A DNA stretch of 64,000 nucleotides from Azolla caroliniana (lineage: Eukaryota; Plantae; Polypodiophyta), in the NCBI GenBank assembly GCA_043228905.1, contig JBHGNT010000015.1, positions 19,282,001-19,346,000 on the forward strand. Direction: 5' to 3'. The notes beneath the pieces are model-generated. The model saw nothing but the letters and a program-made list of their open reading frames with translations, did not search any database and had not been told where the DNA came from. Both the position numbers and the translations under genes were made by a program. Shown here one piece after another: positions 25,581-38,467 of the stretch. Numbering within the stretch: position 1 is the stretch's first letter; each line of letters begins with the position of its first letter.

Positions 25581-28500
25581 AGATGTTGCAACAATATTTG
25601 TAATGCCCCCCCCCCCCTTCTCTCTCTCTCTCTCTCTCTTTGTGTACGTGTGTATGGAAGCTCACACTTCACATACATATTGCACTACATATGTTGTACC
25701 TAATAGAAAACCACATTTTCATCCAATATTGAAACCACAAACATCAATACATGTTAGAGTTGTAAATCCCATGTTGTTGACTGCCACCCAAACCGTTGCT
25801 TTTGTGCAAGTTTTCTCACACTCATTATGATGTGAGATAGGGCATTGGGGTACAACTGATGAGAGTAATCGATTATGCACACTTTGCCCTAAACAAAGTT
25901 GGGAGTTTGAGTATCACACTTTGATACAATGTTCTGCCTTTCATCACATCTAACTATGTTTTCCACACATCTTCAACCAAAACCCAATCTTGGCACAAAT
26001 TTCTCTCACAATCACTGTTTGCGATCCTAATTGTGACATTCATTAGTAAAATTCTTGAAAATCAAGAGACACTATTCACTTTCACATGTACTAAATGAAA
26101 ATGTTATAGTTTTGGTATCATAGATCATATTTGGCCTCAAAAGAGGATAATAAAACATCATGAGCAAAGCTCTAATAAGAGTAACTTTAAAGACACGACT
26201 AATGATTAAAGAAATAGACATATAAATAAAGTAAAGAAATTGGTTAAAGGCACTTTTTTGCCCAAATCACCCTAGAGTGAAGAATTTGAGATGGATCATA
26301 AGCACCATCGAATATTGCCTAAGATCATACTTAGGATGCAATAAACACAATGTTATTTTAGCAAGAAGTTATTGTGTAGTGTTTTGATGAAGAAGTTTGT
26401 CTCATTGCCCTAATGAAGGTAGACACCTTTCATTTTATAATTGAAAACACTTACATTCTCAAAAGTCACCAGATGTTGCCATGTTCATGGCCTAATTTGG
26501 CTTGCCTCATTTCCTAAAATATCCTTAAAACCATTAGAAATTAATCCTCAAATAGTATATTGACATTCTATATGTAACATCTACCTACCTATGTACGTAG
26601 ATAGATAACTTGGCATTGAGGAGCCTCCCGACTAGGCAAAATGCATTTGCCCTTGTAAAGTTACTACCAAATTTGGCTATTTGTCTTGTTCTTCCTCTTT
26701 TCCATCCTTTGATTTTTTAGCTTTTCAATGTTGTTTTAACTAACTTGTTTGTTTAAAGAATTAGTTTCTAATGTTCTATCCTTTGTTGTGTTGATTAGTT
26801 TTTTCTCCATTCTCATCCTCATTAGGCTATCATTTTTAATTGCTTTTATAGCCAAATGATTAGGGTCTATCATTTAACCCTAAACCCTAACCCTAATCTA
26901 AATTTTAGACCCAATCCCAAATCTCAAATCTTCTCACTATCCTCAATCCTATAACCCTAATATCCCTAAAACTTTAAAACCCTCAAATGTTTTCTAACAA
27001 TCTCATCTTCCTCCTCTCTACTTGCATTTAGTTTAGGCTCAGTACAATTCTAAGTTTATAGCATTCTCTTATGTCTAGAGTTTTTAAATATACTTCATAC
27101 CTAAGCACCCTAGTTAGGGTAGCTTAGAACCCATTTCTATTGGTGATGTGTTGCATGCCTATTGAAGATTAGAAGTGCTAACCTTATGTTGTGTGCATAT
27201 ATAAACATACATATCCATATATGTGTTCATGCATGTATGTATTTAACGGGTGGATATGTAATGTATGTGATTTCTCTTTGGTACCCTACCTACCTACATA
27301 TGTGTAGGAAAACTATTTTTAATGGGTTTTGTCCTCACAAAATGTGGTACTTTTTAAGTGTTCACATAATGTGGTCTTTGGATTTAATACATTCAAAAAA
27401 TAATAATTGTATGTTAGATATATTTTTGATGGATGTATAATGTATTCATAGCTATCTCAATTCTATCAAAATGATCTATTGTGTTACATGTTCCACAAGG
27501 CTAGGTCTTACATAGAAATGGACTTTTCCACCCTTAAAAGAAATATTTGACTTTCTAATTGACTATTTGACCAAAAGAAAAGGGCATTCTACTTTTATGT
27601 TAAGAAAAGTGATTTCTATTCATGACTCTTCTCTTCTTTAGTCATAGGTTTCAATACAGTATGTTGACTTATCTTGTTGATGCTGATTCTGTTGTTTGTA
27701 CTTTGCACACAACTAGCAAACCCAATCTATTATTGTAAATTTGTATATTATTGAAACTTTGGAAACTTACTTGGGCACAAAAGACAATGCAAAAACATTG
27801 ACTTTGCAAACCTAGCAAGGAGCTTAACACTAATAAAATTCTAAATCTCTCAAGTAAATTCTGATTTTAAGCTAGCATTTTTTAGATTTCCAAATTTACT
27901 TGAGAAGGTCATTGAGTGTAATTGCAAGGCCATTGACTTTACAAAGCAACCGACAACCTTATAACAATACATATATATGAGCTTGGTTCATAAGCTTTCA
28001 CATTCTTGGAGGTATTTCATTAGAGTTTGAGAATGATATGGCACATAGTTTCATAAACAAGCACACACTTTTGATGAATTTTTCTAGCTAGGAATTTATA
28101 GCACCATTATCCACATCAAGTTGCAATGAATAGTGACTAGCAAATATTGCTCTAATGATCATTACATTGTCATGTGGTCAATTAACTTAGACAGCTCAGC
28201 CAAAGTTGTGTGTTGAATATCGCCATTCATGTTTCTATTCCCATGCTAAAATAACATGATCTTCATGAAAATAATAATGATTAAAATCACCATCATAAAA
28301 TAAATCACTCACAATTGCGACTTTTCCATCATTCAAGAATCTACATCATATTCTCATTCAAATTCTAGAACAAACTGCTCACTCACACTTTGATTTTGGG
28401 TTCTTACAAATTGGAATATTTGTCTAATTATGGGCATCCAAGGCAGATTTTTTTTTGGAGAATCCCCAACCCTCTACGGATTCTATTATGCTTTCATTGA

Positions 28501-29872
28501 TAAAACCTGATACAAAATCTTCATCTGCTAGCATGATATAAACAAAATTTTTGAAAAAATATCTTGGGGGCATCCCAAAGCACTCATGGCAAGACCATAA
28601 ACATTGCTGCAACATCATTGCACATCCACAAAGAAACCAATCTCTATTCTAAGGAAATCCAAAGTAGAATTCCCCTCTTTTTAGAAAGTTAATCTTACCA
28701 ACACCATAGACTATTAATGATCATTATTTGTAATACTAAGACCATTTTCTATGTCTCTTAGAATTAACCTATGTTTTCCATTACCCCAATGGACGAATAA
28801 TTTTGGTACTTCAATTTAAATTTTGTAAAATTTGGACGAGTTGAACACACAATACGTACCATAAGCTCAAGAAAATGGAACTTACCAAATTCAAAAGTAG
28901 GATCCTTAAACAAGCCCTCTTTAAAAAGTTAAAATGGCACCATCACTTTAACAAGATGTTTTGTCATTAGCATCACACCAAAGAGGTTAGTGTAGGTAGG
29001 ATGTCCTTAGATTTTCCTTGGGCTTGCTTCGAGATATACGAATATGTGAGCTTTATAAAACTTGCTAAGTGGGAAATTTTTGGAATCTTTAATCAAATAA
29101 GACATCATCTTAATAGGTATAACAACTAACTTTGACACCTCGGAAATACCCATAAAAAGAGATAAAATGATAGAACATGTATGGTGTTCATTTGCACATG
29201 GTTTTCACCACATATTAAAAGTGTCTTGTTTTTACAAAGAATCCATGCCAAGACATAAAATATGGCACAACATAAGATACGTAAGAAAGTAATCGAGAGA
29301 GATTTGGCAACTCAATCATCCTTTGCTTTGAATTTTGTGAATGCCAATAACGATATAGTGATACCATACATGAGCATTTGATACAAATATTTGCGTTTGT
29401 AAATGAGGTAAGGCAAAAGCTCAAACAGACATACAAGTCAATGAAGATGAGGCAATGGGCTGTAATTAATTAAGTAAATGTGCTTAACATGCTTAGCAAG
29501 CACAATTGAAAACATACAAAAATGCTACCAAGTACTGGCCTTCTGAAAAAACTTAAATATTTTGTCTTTACCAACTTTCTAGTTTACAAAACCATTTCCA
29601 TGTTTACAATTTACCTTCACCTGTTATACTTTGCTATGGTTGAAGCAATCCACCCCCCTTCCAAACAATATCAATAAATGTTGTGTTGGAAGTATGCGTA
29701 ATAACAAGAGCTAGGAACCTCCCATTACAACACCAGGGGTTATATGAAAAGCAAATGCTAAAGGTATATGGATAGGGTGAAAGGTGTCAGTCATCCCCAG
29801 CAGGTATATAGGAAAGTTTTAAGTCCTCAGAGAGAAGGGGAGAAAAAAACTCAAGAATCAAAAAACACTCAC

Positions 29873-32800
29873 CTCCGCAAAAGCTTGAGGCGGGAGGCAT
29901 GCTTTTTGCCGCTGAAATGCATCTCCAAAATGGCAGCGCTATTGCATTGGACATTGCATACATAACAGTGGTATGTCGTCGGCGTCACATTTGTTGAGGG
30001 TGGTGGCACCGCCACTACAGCTTTCTCTTTACTTTTGCCCGCTTTTTTACCCATTTGAACCCACAGCTCCTCTAGCATATTAGCCACACCTTTCCCATCC
30101 TCACTCGATGCATTCGTGATGCTAAGGGCTGTTTCCACGGTTTTTTCTGGCAATGTTGCCAATGTTAAGTCAGCCATTACCACGTTTCCGTTCGGCTGTG
30201 CCGATGTGAACCCGGTGGTCTCTGTGCTTTGTTTCGGACCTGTTGACGATGACGATGCCACTTCGGCTGTTTTTTCCAAGATTTGTTTTTGCTGAAGTGT
30301 GACCTTCTTTTTATGTGCCTTGCCTCCTAAGTGTTGTTTTAATGCTGCCTCTGTAACACAGTCACGCTGGCATATAGCACACCATCCTGGACTTTCCTCT
30401 TTCTTTACTTCCTTCATCACAATCGGCTTGACCGATAATGAAGATCTCTTCATCAAATTCTTATTGTTCTTCTTTTTTGGCCAAACTTTTGGCTGCAAAA
30501 AATACATAAACTCTCTTAGAAAACATTGCGTGAAAAAAATTACATCTCACCACCACTATGCAGAATATGACACATTAAACATTGTCCATCTCGTGTTGAA
30601 GAAACACAAAGAATTATGTACAAACATAGAGAAGAATGAAACATTTAAGAAACTAATCAACACAGAGGCGAAAAAAGAACTCAGAAGAGAGAAAGAAGTG
30701 TTATAAATATTTATTGACTAAAACAAGAAAGTAAAACATTCATTCAAATCAGGAGCTTGTTTTATCCTATTTTTCAAACTAGAAGATAAAAAACAAATAG
30801 ATTACTGCTTAACAAGGCAATGCTAAAAAAGGAATGAAAAATAGGCTTGGATAATTTGGGAAGGACTTGTTACGTGCTTATATATTTACTTACTAAGGAC
30901 TCAGGTATCAATAATAAAGGGTATACACATAATGAGAGCTGTGGACATGACTGATTCATGAACTGATGTTCACACTGGTTGGGCTGGCTGTTTACCATTG
31001 GTAATAATTATGCCTTCTTATTGGTGATTATGGACTCCAGTATCAATAATAAAGGTCAGCACAATAATGCTAGTAGTAAACAGACAGCTGACCAGATTAA
31101 GCATAACAATTCATGAAATGAGGATGTTCACATTGGTTGGACTGCCTTTTTACTACTAGTACTTTTATGCCCTCTTATTGACATGTGTTAGCTTCTCCAT
31201 CATTTTTCTCAATATCTTCATCATGGATTTCTTGCTTTTATGCCAGCATTTAATGTTTTGGCAGTGTTTTATCCGTTGCGAGTTCATTGTTTTGTCTGAT
31301 TGTGGTATGTTTTCCATTGATATCCTTTTTTGGTTGATATTTCTGAGAGACCATACACCTTTTTCATGGATATAATTTCAATAACAAGTGCCACAAATTC
31401 ACACTTATTAGTGTTTGTTCAATAAATTATTATAAATTTCTAGCATACATAAAACATTGAAGCAAGCAGTTCATTATCAGCATAAACTATTGTATTGATC
31501 AATTATTGGCAAGCACAATTAACATGCATCCATCATGAAAGATAGGAAGAGAATGTGAGATATAGAGAAAAACACATGTTGATCATGTACCTTTAAACAT
31601 AAAAACTAGTACGTGGCATCATGAATATGTACACTGGAAAGAAATAATTGGGGTAAGTAAATGTCATCATAAATGAGTAACCAGTAAAATGTTAATTCAA
31701 TTTTATAATGCACATAACACAAATGACTATTATGATCTGTGTCACCAGTGAATGATGGGACTGCAGAAGGTTCCTTATGTTAATCTCTTCCTCATCATCA
31801 TCGAGAGAAATGTGATGAGAAAGAGTCTCATGCAGCCCCTATGCTCAAAGCTGTAACTTCCAACTCATATTTGCAGTAAAGAAATGTAGGGGTGACTCAG
31901 GAAAACAAAATTCAAAGCTTTGGGCCGACATTTAAGAAAAATGTGATTACATATCATAAAAAAAACAACATGATTTCTACTTCAATTTTCCATTTTTTTG
32001 GGTGATTATTTTGTATTTCACAATAAAATAGCAAAACAAAATAGGTGTGAATGAAAGCACAAAGAAACTGAAAGTTTATGTAAATGGTTAGTGTGATTAT
32101 GATGGTACAAATTGTGCATTGATATGAGTTTTTCACCAACATTCTTGAGATTATTCCTTCTCAACTAGGTCCTAAAAATCAGTCCAATCAACAGCCTTTT
32201 GTTATTCCTGATTACAGCCAACAGATATTGATTTACAGCAAAAATATGTTGATGCTGAGACCAAAGGGAGGCCTGCTATCGAAGACTTTGAAACAGTGCA
32301 TCAATGGCTGGTCTAGAAAACTGCGAAGGGGTAGCACAAAAGCTGTTTATGTGTTTCCGAAGTTTTTGGTTTATATGTATCGCTAACCACCGGATGTGAT
32401 GAGAAGCCTTTATGCTTTGAGTATGCATGATATGATCTTCACACCAGGAAAACATTCTATTGGCACAAAAATGGTTTCTTTTCATGCAGCAGGTGTATCA
32501 TTCAACACTACACAACACAATATTGGCTGTAATGGGGTATTTACCCAAAAGCGAAAGGCTCGACTGTGATGAAATTATTTGAACCTGTGAAACACTTCAC
32601 ATATCATATATGACTGAATCATACAGATTGTCATTGTTCTGCCTTCACAGGGTGTCTACTCAATTAGATATTTTAAAAAACCTTTTAACATAAGATTTTA
32701 AGATGTGGAAGTGTGTAATTTTGTTCAAAAGGTAAGAAAGAGTGTTATTTGCACAACACCCTCTTATGTTTTAAATGAAGTTCCATGTGATTTGATATGA

Positions 32801-34144
32801 AAAAAATTCAATCCTCATTGGATGCTCTTGGATTTCAGAACAGATCCTATGTAGGGCAACCTTCACTTCCTCCCCCTAACGAAAATATAAATTGGCCATC
32901 TTTGGAATACAGAAGCTCATAGCTACAACGAACTATCAGGAAATCCGAGAGCTCGTTGTGATTTATGAACTTCTCCAAAGAACATGGTTAGGATATGCAT
33001 AGATATTCTTATAACTCCCAAAAAACGTATGCAGACACGAGCATTAAAATAGATGCTCATGTAAAACCAAAACAAAACGGGCATTAGAGGTATGCACAGA
33101 AACTCTCCTGGAAGCCACAAATTGTTGTACTAAACAGCGTTGATAAGCACTGAGGATATGCATAGATATTCCTATAAAACAGCAATGTGAAATTTTTTGG
33201 ACTGGCTGAAAGAAAATATTTTATGAAGGGACACAAGTTTTCCTTCATAAAGAAGGATTCTTTTCTTCCGAATTCCCATAGGTGTTCACTACTGTCTACT
33301 CAAATTTTCTTCCAAAATCCCATATCTTGTTGATTATTTTCTACACAATCTTCCTTCGAACTTGCCATACATTGTTGGTTGCTTTCTATACCATTTCTTT
33401 TCTAAAAGACATTGTCTATAATTTTAATGTTATATACGTGAAAAGACATGGAAATAGACTTACAGGTACAGGGGCAGGCCAAGGACTCCAAGTAGTAGCC
33501 CAACTGTTCTCCATAGATCCAAATGGTCTCATATATTCACTTCCATATGTCCATGAATCATGACCAAATGGTAGGTTTATCTGAGCTCCAACGACATGAG
33601 GATTGATCGGATTTGGATTCGTATTCAGATTCAGATTCAGATTCGGGGTCGAATTTGGAGACACCCCTGGAGGTAAGCAATTCTCCCATGCGGTTTGACT
33701 TGACCACTGAGGTACGTTGTAATTCGGAGGTGCGTAATTTGAAGAGGAAGAGTTCCAAGCTACCATGGAAGCTTGATCTGTCGTGGTATTGATTGTAACC
33801 CCAGGCGGCGCTTCAGTAGCACTATATGCAGCATATGGATCATGTGGGTAATGTGGGTAGGGTTGGTAGTTAGGATAAGGGTTAGGATTTGCGTTAGGGT
33901 TAGGGTTTATGCTAGAGTCAGGGTGGGGGTTAGGGTTAGGGTTTGCAACTGTGTTAGGAGTTGTACTAGGGTTAGGGTTAGGGTTAGGGTGTGCGGTCCA
34001 GTATGGTGGATATGCATGATAGGGCAAACCACTGTCTGATTGATGTGGGGGTACATGAGGGGCCATGAAATGCTCCGTAGATTGAACAGGTTGGTGATGA
34101 GGGTAAGGATTGTTGCATTGGTCTGTTATTAGTGAAAGATCCAT
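29873..34144 (-). CDS. Matrin/U1-type C2H2 zinc-finger protein with Pro/Asn-rich low-complexity N-terminus (3' exon uncertain)
   Basis: Exon 34144-33464 (MDLSLITDQ..., NP repeats, GTAAG donor) splices in phase 0 to exon 30492-29873 with two fingers: CAICQRDCVTEAALKQHLGGKAH and CYVCNVQCNSAAILEMHFSGKKH. Confidence 0.8.
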
Positions 34145-34914
34145 GAGAGAAATAAAACAGAAAAATAAAAAACAGAGAACCAGAGAACCAGAGAAGAGAG
34201 AAGAGAGAAGAGAGAAGAGAGAGCTGCTTTTTTTTTTTTCCTTCTTCAAATTCCCTCGGCTCTTTCTTCATTCCTCTGTTGTGTTCGAGTTTTTCTGGCT
34301 ATGGCTGGTTTCACACCTGTTGTCCGGACAAACACCAGCTCCATATGTGAACTTGAACTTGAACTTGAACTTGAACTCAATGCTCGGAAACCTAAACTTA
34401 TGAAGGCTCGTGTTAAAACACCCTCCGCCCCGCGCGCACTCTTCTCTTCTCGACACATTTACATGCTTGTATTACAATTGGGCCGACAACACATACACAC
34501 AAAAAAAACACCCTGGTTTACGTACTTATACGACACTCTTATGTGGCCAAGTAAAACACCTTAGCTGCACTCACGTCTCATCTCGACACGTTTACATGTC
34601 TGCATTACAACCAGGTCGACAACACAGACAGAAAAAACACCCTAGTTTACGTACTAGATGGCACTCTTATATGACAGTTGTGGTCACCACCCTCATGATA
34701 GACGTATTGCGACCAAGAATATTCACATAGTCATGCAAGCTTAAATTCTGAATGGTTTACAAAACTAGTTGTGGTACTGAATATAGACTTACTCATAGGA
34801 TGGATAAAATGCCTTGTTGTCTGTGTTGTCTTCCCATGACATTGAAGAAAATTAGAGAATAACAGAAATCGACATCATAGGATTGAATGATTGTAGAGAC
34901 CATGATGTCGTGGA

Positions 34915-34999
34915 TGGGGTGAGAGAGGCTTGAACTCTCGACCTCAGGATATCTCAAGAGCTATGAGACCTACGCGCTAGCCAACTGCGCCATCACCCC
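34915..34999 (-). tRNA. trnM-CAT: tRNA-Met(CAT) elongator with 11-nt intron, copy 1
   Basis: GGGGTGATGGCGCAGTTGGCTAGCGCGTAGGTCTCATA-gctcttgagat-ATCCTGAGGTCGAGAGTTCAAGCCTCTCTCACCCCA; full cloverleaf with A and B boxes; matches plant nuclear tRNA-Met-e. Confidence 0.96.
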
Positions 35000-35350
35000 T
35001 GATATGTAGTTCTACACGGAGAGATACTTGTTTTATCTAAGATTGTCAGTACCTGAGAGAGGCTCAAAATTTCAAGCCTAGGATGCCTAAAAAGGAATGA
35101 TACCTATGGATTAAATAGAAAGAGTCAATCCACATTTTAGTCGAATATTCACAGGGTCATGGGAGTTTAATTGGGAGTGATTCGCAGAAAGCGGTGTATT
35201 ACTGAATATAGGTCGACACTTGAGGGTGGATAAAATACCATGTAGCATGTGTTGTGTTCCGATGACATTGAAGATCATAAGGGGAGAACACAAAACAACT
35301 ACAATCGACATGATAGGAGATAAGGATTGGGGAGATTGGAATTTCGAGGA

Positions 35351-35435
35351 TGGCGTGAGAGGGCCTTTAATTCTCCACGGGAGGATATGTCAAGAGCTAT
35401 AGGATCTATGCACAAGGAACCAACGTCATCAACTC
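35351..35435 (-). pseudogene. Decayed tRNA-Met copy (B subunit)
   Basis: Ungapped 61/85 identity to the intact gene by hand count; A/B boxes and stems broken. Confidence 0.85.
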
Positions 35436-35796
35436 TAATGGGTAGATCTAGGAACATACTAATTTTACCTTATACCTGTGCTAATAGATAATAGGTGAGA
35501 CCATCACTAAATTTCAAATTTACGATGGCTTTACACCAATGATAGGTAATGATTACTTCAGTAAGAGACCACACTCATGATAGACGTATTGTGACCAAGA
35601 ATATTCACATAGTCATGAGAGCTTAAACTCGGTATGGTTTGCAAAAGCAGTTGTGGTATAGAATATAGATTGAGTCATAGGGTGGATAAAATGCCATGTA
35701 ATATGTGTTGTGTTCCCATGACATTGAAGAGAATTAGAGAAGAACAAAAATCGACAAGATAGGAATTAATGATTGTAGAGACCATGATGTCGTGGA

Positions 35797-35881
35797 TGGG
35801 GTGAGAGAGGCTTGAACTCTCGACCTCAGGATATCTCAAGAGCTATGAGACCTACGCGCTAGCCAACTGCGCCATCACCCC
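35797..35881 (-). tRNA. trnM-CAT: tRNA-Met(CAT) elongator with intron, copy 2
   Basis: Same sequence as copy 1. Confidence 0.96.
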
Positions 35882-36134
35882 TGATATGTAGCTCTACAAA
35901 GAGAGATACTGTTTTATCTAAGATTGTGATGAAAGATACCTGAGAGAGGCTCAAAATTTCAAGCCTAGGATGCCTAAAAAGGAATGATACCTATGGGTTA
36001 AATAGTAAGAGTCCATCCACATTTTAGTTGAATATTCACACGGTCATGCCATTGAAGATCATAAGGGGATACCACAAAACAACTACAATCGACATGATAG
36101 GAGATAAGGATTGGGGAGATTGGAATTTCGAGGA

Positions 36135-36219
36135 TGGCGTGAGAGGGGCTTTAATTCTCCATGGGAGGATATGTCAAGAGCTATAGGATCTATGCACAAA
36201 GAACCAGTGCCATCAACTC
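36135..36219 (-). pseudogene. Decayed tRNA-Met copy (B subunit)
   Basis: Homologous to 35351-35435. Confidence 0.8.
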
Positions 36220-36580
36220 TAATGGGTAGATCTAGGAACATCCTAATTTTACCTTATACATGTGCTAATAGATAATAGGTGAGACCATCACTAAATTTCA
36301 AATTTATGATGGCTTTACACCAATGATAGTTAATGATTACTTAAATAAGAGACCACCCTCATGATAGACGTATTGCGACCAAGAATATTGACATATTCAT
36401 CCAAGCTTCAATTCTGAATGGTTTGCAAAATCAGTTGTGGTACTGACTATAGATTGACTCATAGGATGGATAAAATGCAATGTAATATGTGTTATGTTCC
36501 CATGACATTGAAGAGAATTAGAGAAGAACACAAATCGACATGATAGGAATTAATGATTGTAGAGACCATGATCTCGTGGA

Positions 36581-36665
36581 TGGGGTGAGAGAGGGTTGAA
36601 CTCTCGACCTCAGGATATCTCAAGAGCTATGAGACCTACGCGCTAGCCAACTGCGCCATCACCCC
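36581..36665 (-). tRNA. trnM-CAT: tRNA-Met(CAT) elongator with intron, copy 3 (T-loop variant TTCAACC)
   Basis: One substitution relative to copy 1. Confidence 0.92.
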
Positions 36666-37022
36666 TAATATGTAGCTCTACACGGAGAGATACTTATTTT
36701 ATCTAAGATTGTGACGAAAAATACCTGAGAGAGGCTCAAAATTTCAAGCCTAGGATGCCTAAAAAGGAATGATACCTATGGGTTAAATAGAAAGAGTCCA
36801 TCCACATTTTAGTTGAATATTCACAGGGTTAGGGGAGTTTAATTGGGAGTGATTCGCAGAAAGCGGTGTATTACTAAATATACATCGACACTTGAGGGTG
36901 GATAAAATACCATGTAGGATGTGTTGTGTTTCGATGACATTCATGATCATAAGGGGAGAACACAAAACAACTACAATCGACATGAGAGGAGATAAGGATT
37001 GGGGAGATTGGAATTTCGAGAA

Positions 37023-37107
37023 TGGCATGAGAGGGGCCTTAATTCTCCACGAGAGGATATGTCAAGATCTATAGGATCTATGCACAAGGAACCAACGTCA
37101 TCAAGTC
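37023..37107 (-). pseudogene. Decayed tRNA-Met copy (B subunit)
   Basis: Homologous to 35351-35435. Confidence 0.8.
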
Positions 37108-37468
37108 TAATGGGTAGATCTAGGAACATCCTAATTTTAACTTATACCTGTGCTAATAGATAATAGGTGAGACCATCACTAAATTTCAAATTTACGATGG
37201 CTTTACACCAATGATAGGTAATGATTACTTAAGTAAGAGACCACCCTCATGATAGACATATTGCGACCAAGAATATTCACATAGTCATGCAAGCTTAAAT
37301 TCTAAATGGTTTGCAAAACCAGTTGTGGTACTGAATATAGATTGACTCATAGGATGGATAAAATGCCATGTTGTCTGTGTTGTCTTCCCATGACATTGAA
37401 GAAAATTAGAGAATAACAGAAATCGACATCATAGGATTGAATGATTGTAGAGACCATGATGTCGTGGA

Positions 37469-37553
37469 TGGGGTGAGAGAGGCTTGAACTCTCGACCTCA
37501 GGATATCTCAAGAGCTATGAGACCTACGCGCTAGCCAACTGCGCCATCACCCC
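37469..37553 (-). tRNA. trnM-CAT: tRNA-Met(CAT) elongator with intron, copy 4
   Basis: Same sequence as copy 1. Confidence 0.96.
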
Positions 37554-37904
37554 TGATATGTAGCTCTACACGGAGAGATACTTGTTTTATCTAAGATTGT
37601 CAGTACCTGAGAGAGGCTCAAAATTTCAAGCCTAGGATGCCAAAAAAGGAATGATACCTATGGGTTAAATAGAAAGAGTCAATCCACATTTTAGTTGAAT
37701 ATTCACAGGGTCATGGGAGTTTAATTGGGAGTGATTCGCAGAAAGCGGTGTATTACTGAATATAGGTCGACACTTGAGGGTGGATAAAATACCATGTAGC
37801 ATGTGTTGTGTTCCGATGACATTGAAGATCATAAGGGGAGAACACAAAACAACTACAATCGACATGATAGGAGATAAGGATTGGGGAGATTGGAATTTCG
37901 AGGA

Positions 37905-37989
37905 TGGCGTGAGAGGGCCTTTAATTCTCCACGGGAGGATATGTCAAGAGCTATAGGATCTATGCACAAGGAACCAACGTCATCAACTC
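37905..37989 (-). pseudogene. Decayed tRNA-Met copy (B subunit)
   Basis: Homologous to 35351-35435. Confidence 0.8.
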
Positions 37990-38350
37990 TAATGGGTAGA
38001 TCTAGGAACATACTAATTTTACCTTATACCTGTGCTAATAGATAATAGGTGAGACCATCACTAAATTTCAAATTTACGATGGCTTTACACCAATGATAGG
38101 TAATGATTACTTCAGTAAGAGACCACACTCATGATAGACGTATTGCGACCAAGAATATTCACATAGTCATGAGAACTTAAACTCGGTATGGTTTGCAAAA
38201 GCAGTTGTGGTATAGAATATAGATTGAGTCATAGGGTGGATAAAATGCCATGTAATATGTGTTGTGTTCCCATGACATTGAAGAGAATTAGAGAAGAACA
38301 AAAATCGACATGATAGGAATTAATGATTGTAGAGACCATGATGTCGTGGA

Positions 38351-38435
38351 TGGGGTGAGAGAGGCTTGAACTCTCGACCTCAGGATATCTCAAGAGCTAT
38401 GAGACCTACGCGCTAGCCAATTGCGCCATCACCCC
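38351..38435 (-). tRNA. trnM-CAT: tRNA-Met(CAT) elongator with intron, copy 5 (D-loop G15A variant)
   Basis: GCGCAATTGG instead of GCGCAGTTGG; upstream region replaced by an LTR fragment 32 bp from the gene. Confidence 0.88.
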
Positions 38436-38467
38436 TGATATGTAGCTCTACACGGAGAGATACTTAT

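Noticed and set aside
26877-26900. Interstitial telomere (CCCTAAA-like repeats)
   Set aside because: Only about three degenerate units, consistent with common telo-box-like low complexity.
34700-34914. Dicistronic tRNA-Met-snoRNA gene, as known for tRNA-snoR43 in angiosperms
   Set aside because: No canonical C box (RUGAUGA) and D box (CUGA) pair in the trailer on the transcribed strand; only ATGATGT. An Rfam scan would settle it.
34911-34915. Genomically encoded CCA end suggesting a retroposed tRNA
   Set aside because: The gene is followed by TCCA, not CCA, and it retains its intron.
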